From a bacterium (GTDB taxonomy: Bacteria > SM23-31): a stretch of 64,000 bases of DNA. Under the pieces are notes generated by a model, which was not told the origin of the DNA, did not search any database, and saw only the letters and a list, made by a program, of their open reading frames with translations. The position numbers and the translations under genes were made by a program. Location: positions 3,136,001 to 3,200,000 of the forward strand of contig OZ252239.1 of assembly GCA_965249485.1 (NCBI GenBank), read 5' to 3'. Shown piece by piece: positions 34,665 to 44,813 of the stretch (positions within the stretch are counted from its first letter, which is position 1; each line of letters opens with the position of its first letter).

Positions 34665-35308
34665 TCATTCTCCATTGAAGCGCGCTGTTTAAATATTACC
34701 TGAAGAAGTGATTCGGATGAATCAATTGAATCATCAAGCGACAGTGCTTTATCAACTAAATTTTCAGCTTCTACACGTCGATACCCAAGCTGTCCGATCA
34801 ATACTTCGAGTGTTTCAATTTCGAACTCGGTTAATTTTCCTGAACCGAATTCCGAACTCCTTTCATGGGCTGCCGCTGAATACTTTGTCACTTTCCCCTT
34901 CAATTCTGCCAAAATCTTATCACCCATGCGGCCGCCGATACCGGGAAGCTTTTTTAAAAAAGCTACATCGCCGGACTCAATTGCATAAGCAATTTCTGAA
35001 ATAGGGTTAATCATCGACTGCAACGCTTTGCGCTCTCCTAAACCTTTAACAGTGGTAAAAATATTAAAAAACTCCCTATCAGTCTCAGCAAGGAAACCAA
35101 TTAGCTTAGGAAAAAGATTTCCGACACCAACTCCCCCTTCAATATAATACTTTGTATATAAAAGAATTGAATCTCCAACAGCATGTGTACTGGAAATCTG
35201 ATCAATTTGGATCGGAGGCATACTTACCGCATAATAAATCCCGGAATTTTCAATAATTAGCTCCATTCCCGCAATACGGTCAATTGTACCTGTGATTTTT
35301 GAAATCAT
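34661..35308 (-). CDS. ruvA: Holliday junction branch migration protein RuvA
   Basis: HhH motifs V.GLG.RKA and LPGIG; C-terminal LGY...EA; lies between ruvC and ruvB. Confidence 0.93.
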   Translation of the reverse strand: MISKITGTIDRIAGMELIIENSGIYYAVSMPPIQIDQISSTHAVGDSILLYTKYYIEGGVGVGNLFPKLIGFLAETDREFFNIFTTVKGLGERKALQSMINPISEIAYAIESGDVAFLKKLPGIGGRMGDKILAELKGKVTKYSAAAHERSSEFGSGKLTEFEIETLEVLIGQLGYRRVEAENLVDKALSLDDSIDSSESLLQVIFKQRASMENE

Positions 35309-35394
35309 ATCATGCAGCCAAATATTGGTTTCACTGATGTTTCTTGTGTCTCACGACTTTCAGACTCAATCAACAGTGCTTGTTTAACCAAGCG

Positions 35395-35874
35395 TTAGGA
35401 GCGGTTTATTACATTTATATGACACAGTGCTACCGCAAGTGCATCAGCAACATCAGGCGGCTTTGGAGGCTCATCTAACTCAAGCAAACTTTTGATCATT
35501 AACTGCATTTGTTCTTTAGATGCGTGGCCGTTCCCTGTAAGAGATTTCTTAATTCTATTTGCGCCGTACGAAACAACATCTATGTTTTTGCGGCCTGCTG
35601 CAAGAAGAAGCGTTCCCCGTGCATGACCCATAATAATTGCCGTTCGTGGATGATTATAGTGCGAATACAACTCCTCAATAACGACAACATCAGGATTTAC
35701 ATCCTTTAAAAGCTCAGAAATGTTATCAAATAAAACGGTAAGACGCTGCGGCAGTTGGTCGGTTTTTTTTGTGCGAATCACTCCAGCTTCAACAAGCTCA
35801 AGACCCGAATCACTCATGCTGATACAGCCATACCCGGTAATTCCCAAACCCGGATCAATTCCGAGGATGCGCAT
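35395..35874 (-). CDS. ruvC: Crossover junction endodeoxyribonuclease
   Basis: ILGIDPG, G.ARG, G.G.ASKEQ and DVADALAVALCH motifs. Confidence 0.97.
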   Translation of the reverse strand: MRILGIDPGLGITGYGCISMSDSGLELVEAGVIRTKKTDQLPQRLTVLFDNISELLKDVNPDVVVIEELYSHYNHPRTAIIMGHARGTLLLAAGRKNIDVVSYGANRIKKSLTGNGHASKEQMQLMIKSLLELDEPPKPPDVADALAVALCHINVINRS

Positions 35875-35889
35875 GTTATTTCGCTCCTC

Positions 35890-36636
35890 TTAAGTATCTA
35901 ATTGCGCCTGACTGGGATCAATATCAAAATTTGAGTACACATTTTGAACATCTTCAAGATCTTCTAACACTTCCATCAGCTTCAATACGGTCTCGGCACT
36001 TTTTCCTTCAACTTTTACAAGATTTTGGGGAATCATTGTCACTTCAGCATTTGCAATCGGAACATTTGCCGACTCCAACGATTCACGGACCGAATCAAAT
36101 GATGCTTGAGTTGTTAAAATTTCAAACGTACCTTCATCCTCTACAAAATCATCAGCTCCAGCTTCTAATACTATTTCCATCAGGCTGTCTTCATCACCGC
36201 TATATTCTTCGATGATTATCTGACCTTTTTTCTCAAACATATAAGCAACAGCACCCGACTCTGCAAGACTTCCACTATGTTTACTTAAAGCATGCCTAAT
36301 TTCAGAAACACAGCGGTTTTTATTGTCGGTTAAAACATCGATAAAAATTGCCACGCCACCCGGTCCATATCCTTCATATGAACCCTCGTCATATGTTATA
36401 CCTGGAAGTTCACCCGTACCCTTTTTTATCGCCCGATCAATATTAGTAACCGGCATATTTAGCGATTTTGCCGATAAAATTGCCTGCCGCAAACGGGGAT
36501 TAGCATTTTCATCACCGCCTCCGGTCCGGGCTGCGGTTGTAATCTCTTTAATAAGCTTAGTAAAGACTTTACCCCGTTTATCATCCATTCGAGATTTTTT
36601 GTGCTTTATACTCGACCACTTAGAATGTCCCGACAT
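35890..36636 (-). CDS. yebC: YebC/PmpR family protein
   Basis: MSGHSKW..IKHKK, YEGYGPGGVA, TDNKNR and DVQNVYSN motifs. Confidence 0.96.
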   Translation of the reverse strand: MSGHSKWSSIKHKKSRMDDKRGKVFTKLIKEITTAARTGGGDENANPRLRQAILSAKSLNMPVTNIDRAIKKGTGELPGITYDEGSYEGYGPGGVAIFIDVLTDNKNRCVSEIRHALSKHSGSLAESGAVAYMFEKKGQIIIEEYSGDEDSLMEIVLEAGADDFVEDEGTFEILTTQASFDSVRESLESANVPIANAEVTMIPQNLVKVEGKSAETVLKLMEVLEDLEDVQNVYSNFDIDPSQAQLDT

Positions 36637-36889
36637 AGACGTAAACTCCTGCAAATAAGCTTTAACACACTCGTTACTTTATTAATTAAGTGCTGAAATA
36701 ACTACCACAATTCAAACCTTAAAATTTAATACATGAATTGCCATTTTCCAAAGAAAAAAACCCTTAATAATTTAGAATGAAATATGATTATATATTGAAT
36801 CGGAGGATTACTATTGTATTGCCCTGAGTTAAGCGATAGCCGTTACGATGTGAAAATGTAAAAATATAATGTGCAAATAAATCTTATTA

Positions 36890-39072
36890 TTATTCAATAC
36901 ATTCAACCTTATTTCTTCCGCTGTGTTTAGCTTTATACACTCCGGTATCGGCCTTTTCAACGAGATCGCTTGCTTTTTTCATTGTACTTTTATCAAAGCT
37001 TGCAACACCTGCGCTGATTGTAATTTCTCCTATCTCTATCTTTTTGGATATTTGCGTCTCTTCAACAGTTTTCCGAACTCTCTCTGCAACCATTGCGGCA
37101 TCCGATAGAGACGTATTCGGTAAAATAACTGCAAATTCCTCACCACCATATCGGGCAGCATAATCACCTTCTCTAATCGTATCTTTCAAAATCACACCTA
37201 ATTCTTCAAGAACTCTATCACCAACCTGATGCCCATACGTATCATTAATTTTCTTAAAAAAATCAATGTCAAGCATAATACAGCTCAACTTCAGATTATG
37301 CCGATATGTATTTGAGAACTCTTTTGAGATCAAATCGAAGAAAAATCTGTGGTTATATAATTTTGTCAGACCATCAGTATTGACTTCTTCTGCAAGCAGC
37401 TTGTTTGCTTTTTGCAGTTCATTTGTTAGTTTTTCCGCACGTTTTTCTCGAGCATGAGTTCGCGTGTTAATTGCTCATAATCTAAATTGATCCGGGACAG
37501 TTCAATATTAGCATTTTGCAGAATCTGTGTATAGTCTTGAGCAGCATCTATTGCCAAATCAAAATCCTTTGCAATGTCCTTTACCTCATGTGAAACATGC
37601 TCCATAATTTCATCTACTTCATCATCAGCAATTTCCAATAATGACTTGAATTCAGACTTCAATCTCGTCAGGTACGGTCCTTTTTGTTCGTCAAAAAGGA
37701 CGTGAGATGCAATATCCGAAAGATAAACAATGTTGGTTAATAACTTCAAATTTCCATCGTTTTCGGGCAGCTCCTCCGGGATATGGTGGTAGAGAATTGA
37801 CTTACTCAACAATGCCGGCATCTTCCATTGAGAAAATAACTCATATCCCAATTTTGCATGGTCTATGCCAAATGATGAATGCTCTTTTTCACACAGATTT
37901 TCACCCGTTTGATAATGTCTGTTGAGCAACTTACCGTATCGATCTGGATAAAATCTTGCCAGGAGAAGACCGCCTATATTTTGTGTAAGTCCCGCTATAA
38001 ACGCTTCTTCATCTATATGTAGGCCGATTTTCTGGGCAGTCAGCTTGCATGTAATGCCCGCCGCAAATGAACGCTGCCAAAAATCCCGGTACGCGAATCC
38101 GTTACCACTCTCAGAATCTCCAAATGTATCCATGACAGTAATTCCAAGCGTAAGCGTCCTGATAGCTTTCATACCGAGCAGCGATATTGCCTGTGACAAA
38201 GAGGTGATCTTTTTTGAAAATCCATAGAACGGAGAATTAGTTATCCTCAGTACTCTGGCTGTAAGCGCTGGATCAATACTAATAAGTTTGGCAATTTCCG
38301 CTGCTGATGTGTTTTCGTTCGAAGCAAGTTTTATAATTTTAATTGCGACTGGTGAAAGGGTCGGCAGGTCTTCGCCTTCGTGAATTTTCTGAAGAATATT
38401 TAATTTTTGACCTTTATCCGCCCCATCAGCCTCAGCTGATTGGGCAATAGCGGGAATGGTTATTTCCAAACGATTTCTCTTATGTACAGTAAGAGAACCT
38501 GTTTCCAATTGAAAATATCGTTCGGCAAATAAATGGTCGATCGACTGGAGAGACAATTCAAAATCGGAAGCAAGTCGTTTTGGGCTAATTCGCATTAAAA
38601 CATTTGAATTTTCGTAGGCAACATCGATGACTATATGAATTACAGCAGGTTCACGATAAAAAGAATCTATACACCACAACATCCATCTTCGAAACAAAGA
38701 CTTGTTGAGATGCACAAATGGCTTATCCTGTGGCAATTTTGTTTCTATGACCGTTTTATTCTGCTCAGATTTATTTTGCAATTCTGTACAGAGCTCCAGC
38801 AAAGCATCAAAAACATTGATTCGCTCACGCATGAGAGAGAATTCATCCCGTTCCAGCATTTGCAGCTGAAGTAAATTATCAATTTTATGCTCTATGAGCC
38901 AGATACTTTGCAAATGAGATTCGATGAGCGATGGGGAATTCGCTGCCTGTTTTGCAACTGCATTCAACGCATTTTTTCCATTCCGACGGATAGTATTCAG
39001 CAGTTTTGAAAACTGACTGGATAGCTCCTTGCCGAAATCGTTCTTTACTGAGGTTGAATTGGTCTGATCCAT
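36890..39072 (-). pseudogene. Degenerate HK-like + HDOD + GGDEF diguanylate cyclase split by a 1-nt frameshift
   Basis: ORF 37426-39072 has HDOD motifs (LPTLS, DPALTARVLRITNSPFYG, GIDHA.LG..L...W). Adding one A to the A5 run at 37442-37446 gives LEKKRAEKL...TDGLTKLYNHRFF and joins the GGEEF ORF at 36890-37333. Confidence 0.88.
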
Positions 39073-39219
39073 TCAGGATATTACGGAAGTGTTAAAAGCT
39101 CATCAAGTGATGAGCCTCAAAGTGTTGAGTCAATTTAACAATGCTGTACGGGGAAATATCAATATAATCTTATTCGCTGACACGATTAAGTGCACTCAGA
39201 TTAGTCAATAAGGTTCGGT

Positions 39220-39444
39220 CTACGCAATTTTTTTCACTTTACTGACAATATCTCTGTTTTCGGGAAACTGTCCGGTAGCTTTTTTGGAATAGAGTAATGT
39301 TCCATTCGCCATCACCTCAAATTTTCCACCACCGGATTTTATGTATTCGACTGTTATTCCGAGTTTTTTTTCAAGTTCTGCTCCCAAACTGGAAGCTTGC
39401 GGCCAATAGTTTCATTGAACACAGTATTCAATAGAAACGTTCAT
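39220..39444 (-). CDS. SelW/SelT/SelH (Rdx family) selenoprotein, Sec at codon 11
   Basis: MNVSIEYCVQ-TGA-NYWPQASSLGAELEKKLGITVEYIKSGGGKFEVMANGTLLYSKKATGQFPENRDIVSKVKKIA*. CxxU plus Rdx GxFEV and SK...G.FP motifs; TGA at 39412-39414. Confidence 0.92.
39380..39396 (-). promoter_or_regulatory. Putative bacterial SECIS hairpin
   Basis: GCTTCCA-GTT-TGGGAGC stem-loop starting 15 nt after the in-frame TGA, with a G in the apical loop. Confidence 0.55.
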
Positions 39445-39692
39445 TTCATTACTTCCGATAATTCAATTTCAACGTATTTCATTAGCGTAGTAACATAATA
39501 AAATTTCATCTCAAAATCAAGGTATCTTTATGGTACCAAGAACAGCGTGGGTATATATGCTTGGTGGAATACTTGTGAGGAATTACAAGAATGGATGAAA
39601 TTCTTATACTCATGCAGAAACAGCTATTTATCCGACGATCAAATTCTGATTAATATTTTTTTATCAGATTAATATATGTACTGAATGTAATA

Positions 39693-41051
39693 TTACTCCA
39701 AACCTGATCTTCCTACGGCTGCTTGCAAGTTTGAATCCGCAATTAAAGCGTTATATTGAAGCTCCAGTAAACTGTAGCGGGCAGTTGTTAAGGCAACCTG
39801 TGTGTTAATAGTTTCATACAGTGTTCCGGAACCCACACGATACCGCTCATTCGCAAGCCTGAGATCCTCTTCGGCAGAAGCAACCATACTCACATTGATT
39901 TCTATTTTTTGCTGAAAGGCTGTAAGTTGCTCGAATAAGTTGGTGACATTTGATTCGATAGTTCGTACCGTCGATTCCAGCGTTTCCGTATTGATCATGA
40001 AGGTATTTTCAGCCTGCCTGATATTCGCTCGTGTCTGAAACCCATCAAACAGGTTATAGCTTAAATTAACATTTCCACTGAAAGAAAAATTGTTTGATAG
40101 ATCAGTGTACAGGAATTCAAGATCGGAATTACGCCGATTGTAGTTGATGCTATAGCTAAGACTTGGATACCTGTTCGCTTTTGCTATCTTGATACCGAGA
40201 TCCGAGTTGACAAGGAGCTCCTCCTGCTGTTTAATGTTAGGATTGCTTCTGAGTGCCCTTTCAACAAGTTCTCTTTCGGAAAAAATATAATTAACGGTAA
40301 GTGGAAAACTGGTGTCTATATTTATCGGTGCATTACTATCTCTGCCCATTGCAAGATTGAGATTTCTCTTCGCCTGATTAATCAGAAGATCGTGATCAAT
40401 AAGTGCGATCTTACTTTGGTCAACATTGACCTGAGACCTGAATATATCGATCTGAGCTACTGTGCCGATTTCATATTTTGCTACAGATTGGCTTAACTGC
40501 TCTTCAGCCCGGCTGACCGACTCAACCCGTACTTCACGCTGTGCCAGTACTTTAGTCAGCTCAAAAAACCTCGCTTTCACATCAGCTACCATTGTCAGTC
40601 TTGCTGCATCTATTTTTAACTGTGAAGACCGAACACTCGATTCCGTCTGCTGAATATTCCGCCACATCCTGCCCTGGTCCCATAATGTCTGGTTCAGGCT
40701 GAGCGCAAAGCTATAATTCGTACTGGTATTTGCCGGCGAAGTCTGGGTAGTTGTACCATATTCGATTTCACCTGTTTCTTCATTGCGTCCTATAACACCA
40801 TAATCTACATTTTTTGTAGGTCCTCTGTGAGACCTGTTGGAACCACCACCGATACTGATACTGGGCAGAATATTGTTGTACGATGCGAGCTTTTGTGCTT
40901 TTGCGGTATTGAATTCATAATTTGCGTTAAGAACCTGCGTATTGTTATCAAATGCAATATTGATACATTCTTGTAAGGAAAATATTTGCTGAGCATCTGC
41001 ACTTCCCACTAACAGAAATACAACAAAAAAGCCTTGAAAAAAACGCTTCAT
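39693..41051 (-). CDS. TolC family outer membrane protein
   Basis: Signal peptide, SL.ECI..A..NN, two OEP repeats (YEIG, YRVGSGT) and LFDGF. Confidence 0.92.
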   Translation of the reverse strand: MKRFFQGFFVVFLLVGSADAQQIFSLQECINIAFDNNTQVLNANYEFNTAKAQKLASYNNILPSISIGGGSNRSHRGPTKNVDYGVIGRNEETGEIEYGTTTQTSPANTSTNYSFALSLNQTLWDQGRMWRNIQQTESSVRSSQLKIDAARLTMVADVKARFFELTKVLAQREVRVESVSRAEEQLSQSVAKYEIGTVAQIDIFRSQVNVDQSKIALIDHDLLINQAKRNLNLAMGRDSNAPINIDTSFPLTVNYIFSERELVERALRSNPNIKQQEELLVNSDLGIKIAKANRYPSLSYSINYNRRNSDLEFLYTDLSNNFSFSGNVNLSYNLFDGFQTRANIRQAENTFMINTETLESTVRTIESNVTNLFEQLTAFQQKIEINVSMVASAEEDLRLANERYRVGSGTLYETINTQVALTTARYSLLELQYNALIADSNLQAAVGRSGLE

Positions 41052-41174
41052 GATTCCTCCCGTAAACCTGATTCGAATAGAATATGTGGAAATTAATAAC
41101 TGTAATCATAAATGAATACTAATGCAGTGTCCTATTGCATTGTACTAACAATACAAAATGTATAGCTTGAATAT

Positions 41175-42995
41175 TCACTGTGTAATCCCGTTAACAATAG
41201 CGCTAACGTCACTTTCCTGCTCACGGTACTGCAATTGATATAATTTGAAATAAAGTCCTTTTTGTTCGAGAAGTTCGCTGTGGGAGCCCTCTTCACGAAT
41301 TTTTCCTTTATGAATAACAATAATCCGATCGACATGCTTAATTGTTGACAAACGATGAGCGACAACAATTGATGTCCTGTTTTGCATAAGCCTGTTAAGC
41401 GCTTTCTGAATCAGCAGTTCTGTTTCGGTGTCGATATTTGATGTTGCTTCATCAAGAACTAATATTTTCGGATTATAAATGAGCGCCCGTGCAAATGATA
41501 TAAGCTGCTTTTGACCGGTTGAAAAATTACTTCCCCTCTCACGGACTTCTTCGTCATATCCATTTTCAAGTTTGGTAATAAACTGATGAGCATAGACGTC
41601 CGTTGCCGCATTAATAAGCTCTGCATCAGTGAATTCGAGATTGCCAAGAGTTATATTTTCACGTACCGTACCGGAAAATAGAAAAACATCCTGTAAAACA
41701 ACTCCTATGTTACGCCTGAGCGAATGTTTAGTCACTTTCTCTATATTCAATCCATCAACAATTATCTCTCCCTGTTGAATGGAATATAACCTGCTCAGAA
41801 GATTGATGATCGTCGATTTTCCTGCACCGGTTGCGCCAACAATCGCTACCTTTTCGCCCTGCTTTACTGAAAACGATACATCTTGCAATACCCAATCTTC
41901 CTCCTTGTAAGCAAACCACACATTTCTAAACTCGATCTCGCCTTTTACGTCAGAAAATTCGACTGCATTTTCATCTTCGGCGATTTCATCAACCGTATCA
42001 AGCAGCTTAAAAACCCGCTCGGACGATGCCATAGCAGACTGCAATACATTATATTTTTCACTCAAATCCTGGATCGGCCGGTAAAACCGCTGCGCAGCAA
42101 AGATGAATGCGACAAGCTGTCCATAGGTAAGATCATTTGAAAGGATGAATCCCCCGCCATACCATATTATCAGGGCAATAGCAACAGCGCTCAACACTTC
42201 TACGGTTGGGAAAAATATCGAGAAATACAAAATTGTCTTTGTGTAGGCTTTCAAATGATCTTCGTTGATCCGTTCAAACTGCCGGTAATTTTTATCTTCC
42301 CGGTTGAAAAGTTGAACAATTCGCATTCCTGTAATATTTTCCTGCAAGAATGAATTTATCTTTGCAATGAAGACTCTGATATTTCTGAAACTTTCACGTA
42401 CTTTCTTTTTGAAAATAAATGCTGTTATAAAAAGCAGCGGCATTACCGATAACGTTATGAGCGCAAGTCTGACATCATAGTAGAGCATGAGCGATACAAG
42501 CCCCACAAGCAGCAGTAAATCTCCAAGAATAGTCACAACACCAGAAGTAAACATTTCATTCAGCGCATCTATGTCACTTGTCAAGCGGATAACGAGCCGG
42601 CCAATCGGGTTTTTATTAAAAAATGATAATTGCATACTCTGCAAATGGCTGAATACCTGTTTTCTCATATCGTACATTATATATTGGCCGGTCATCTGCA
42701 TGATATAGAAATGGAGGTATTCAAAAAAAAAGTTAATCGCTGAGAGTGCAAGGAAAATGATGGTAATAAAGGTCAATCCCGACATATTACCCGACATAAA
42801 ATAATTATCGATTGCATACTGTGTTATTAGCGGCTGTGTCAGAGCAAAAAGTGATGTAGCCAGCAAAAGCAGAGCCGCAAGGATTACCTTTCTCTTATAC
42901 GGTTTCAGATATGCCAGGAGACGGCGCATTAACCGGCCATCATAGGATTTGTTCAAACGTTCTTCTTCTGTATAACTGTGTTCGTGCGCTGTCAT
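41175..42995 (-). CDS. ABC exporter, fused permease/ATP-binding (MsbA/MdlB-like)
   Basis: N-terminal TM domain, GATGAGKST, FSTGQKQ signature, LDEATS and AHRLSTI motifs. Confidence 0.96.
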   Translation of the reverse strand: MTAHEHSYTEEERLNKSYDGRLMRRLLAYLKPYKRKVILAALLLLATSLFALTQPLITQYAIDNYFMSGNMSGLTFITIIFLALSAINFFFEYLHFYIMQMTGQYIMYDMRKQVFSHLQSMQLSFFNKNPIGRLVIRLTSDIDALNEMFTSGVVTILGDLLLLVGLVSLMLYYDVRLALITLSVMPLLFITAFIFKKKVRESFRNIRVFIAKINSFLQENITGMRIVQLFNREDKNYRQFERINEDHLKAYTKTILYFSIFFPTVEVLSAVAIALIIWYGGGFILSNDLTYGQLVAFIFAAQRFYRPIQDLSEKYNVLQSAMASSERVFKLLDTVDEIAEDENAVEFSDVKGEIEFRNVWFAYKEEDWVLQDVSFSVKQGEKVAIVGATGAGKSTIINLLSRLYSIQQGEIIVDGLNIEKVTKHSLRRNIGVVLQDVFLFSGTVRENITLGNLEFTDAELINAATDVYAHQFITKLENGYDEEVRERGSNFSTGQKQLISFARALIYNPKILVLDEATSNIDTETELLIQKALNRLMQNRTSIVVAHRLSTIKHVDRIIVIHKGKIREEGSHSELLEQKGLYFKLYQLQYREQESDVSAIVNGITQ

Positions 42996-43162
42996 AGATT
43001 ACAATACCATTTTATACATTTTGATAATTTTCTTTATAAATATGAGAACGTAGTATAACAAACTGCAATGTAATTATCCACGCAAAACAGCGCTCTATAG
43101 TTCCTTCTCTATTAAATTTATGTTATTTTTTGAGTTATTAAGCCGGCTATTACTGAAATAGC

Positions 43163-43191
43163 TTGACTTTTTCTCGATTCAGAGTTACTTT
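43163..43191 (+). promoter_or_regulatory. Putative sigma70 promoter
   Basis: TTGACT-17 nt-TACTTT upstream of the ORF at 43247. Confidence 0.5.
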
Positions 43192-43246
43192 TCGGGGTCT
43201 TATTAATTAGGATCATATAACATTCTTCTTAGAAGAGTTCCTTCCG

Positions 43247-43663
43247 ATGAATAAGTTTCTTTCTACAATCATATTCAGCATTGTGATGTTAATGACGTTT
43301 TCGTCATTTCGTTTTGCCGACGATATTTTTGAAAACTTCAGAATCGGTTTTGTTCCCATTGAAGACAAAATATTGCTGAGATGGAAAAGCATTGATGAAT
43401 CTGCCGTTGACCACTACCAAATAGTGAGAAGCATCGATAATATGACGTTTGGCCAGTTGGTAGCGTTGCAGCCGCAGGGAAACAATTTTGAATATGAGTT
43501 TATCGATGGCAACATTTTTAAAACATCTGCGCGAACATTTTATTATAAACTGCATATACAGCTAGATAACGGATCGTTTCAGGAGTCAAATGTTGTCTCT
43601 CTTGCACCCCGAATTTCAAGCACACGTCAAACTTGGGGAAGTATTAAGGCAATTTTCCAATAA
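43247..43663 (+). CDS. Secreted small beta-sandwich (FN3-like) protein with C-terminal TWGSIKAIFQ motif
   Basis: Signal-like N terminus; L.W....E.....Y.I.RS.D...F...YEFID...FYYKL pattern. Confidence 0.8.
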   Translation: MNKFLSTIIFSIVMLMTFSSFRFADDIFENFRIGFVPIEDKILLRWKSIDESAVDHYQIVRSIDNMTFGQLVALQPQGNNFEYEFIDGNIFKTSARTFYYKLHIQLDNGSFQESNVVSLAPRISSTRQTWGSIKAIFQ

Positions 43664-43758
43664 AGCTTCCGCTCTCTCCTCTCTGTATCATCAATAGTCT
43701 CAATAGCTGGAATGGGGTTTTCCTATGTTAAAACCCGACAACGATTAAGGTATAATTA

Positions 43759-44514
43759 ATGACTCATTTTACTATTGTAGCGCACCGTGGAGCTTCAGGC
43801 ATCACTCCGGAAAACACACTTACTTCTTTTCGTAAAGCCCTTGATTTTGGTGTGGATGCGATTGAAATTGATGTGCGTCAGACAGCCGACGGCAAGCTTA
43901 TTGTACTACACGATGACGATACGGGAAGAACTACGTCACAATCCGGTTCTGTTTCATCCATGTCCTATACAGAATTGCAAAAATTGGATGCCGGATCGTG
44001 GTTCGATTCATCATTTAAAAATGAACGTATTCCTCTCTTCTCCGATGTAATAGATCTTGTAAAAGGAAAAGCGGGTCTTATAATTGAAGTGAAGGACGGC
44101 TCTCAGATTTATCCTAACATTGAACAGAATATCGTTTCCCTCATTCAGTCACAGAAAATCAGTGATGACGTTGTTGTGTCATCATCACGAATAACTATAC
44201 TCAACAGCTTTAAGTCTATTGCCACCGAACTGCGGTTTGCAAAGATACTTACTCCCCGTGAATACTGGCGGTCGCTGTTTCAGCCGGGATCATATATCGT
44301 AAAGCAAAGCCTCGTAAAACACATCAAAGAACTTCATCCCCACTGGTCATTTGTCGATTCACAATTCATTGAGTGGGCCGATTCGATGAAATTAACTGTT
44401 CTGCCTTGGACAGTGAATAAAGAGCGGAAAATCCGGGCGATGCTCGACCGTGGAGTCGCGGGAGTCATTACCGATTTCCCCGACCGTGCACACAAGATCA
44501 GAAGTGCAGAGTGA
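43759..44514 (+). CDS. Glycerophosphodiester phosphodiesterase family protein
   Basis: AHRGASG.TPENT, E.DV..T.DG, LHD and WTVN...GVITDFP motifs. Confidence 0.95.
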   Translation: MTHFTIVAHRGASGITPENTLTSFRKALDFGVDAIEIDVRQTADGKLIVLHDDDTGRTTSQSGSVSSMSYTELQKLDAGSWFDSSFKNERIPLFSDVIDLVKGKAGLIIEVKDGSQIYPNIEQNIVSLIQSQKISDDVVVSSSRITILNSFKSIATELRFAKILTPREYWRSLFQPGSYIVKQSLVKHIKELHPHWSFVDSQFIEWADSMKLTVLPWTVNKERKIRAMLDRGVAGVITDFPDRAHKIRSAE

Positions 44515-44595
44515 ATATGTTTCCGGAAACTGTTGGTTCGATTGAAACATTGTCTGAATACTACCCTATTCCAACTCCGGCTACATTTAATTGAT

Positions 44596-44627
44596 ATTCA
44601 TTACTTTTTTGAAAAAAAGTAATGAAT
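44596..44627. repeat. Perfect 15-bp inverted repeat
   Basis: ATTCATTACTTTTTT-GA-AAAAAAGTAATGAAT between convergent genes. Confidence 0.85.
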
Positions 44628-44813
44628 CATCTGAATTCTGATTGTATTTTCGAGTCAGATTGAATGCTTTCATCGCACCAATAGATGGGCCAAGTATCGA
44701 TCCCAAATCTTCCATATAAAGACCGCCTAGTACCATGAATGTGCTTCCATGTTATTGTCCAGAACAATGATCTTGTTCATCTCCTGAATTACCGATTTAA
44801 ATGCGGATTAATC

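Noticed and set aside
44730..44790. Minus-strand AGGAG-ATG mini-ORF MNKIIVLDNNMEAHSWY*
   Set aside because: Only 17 codons; may be a gene remnant but cannot be supported.
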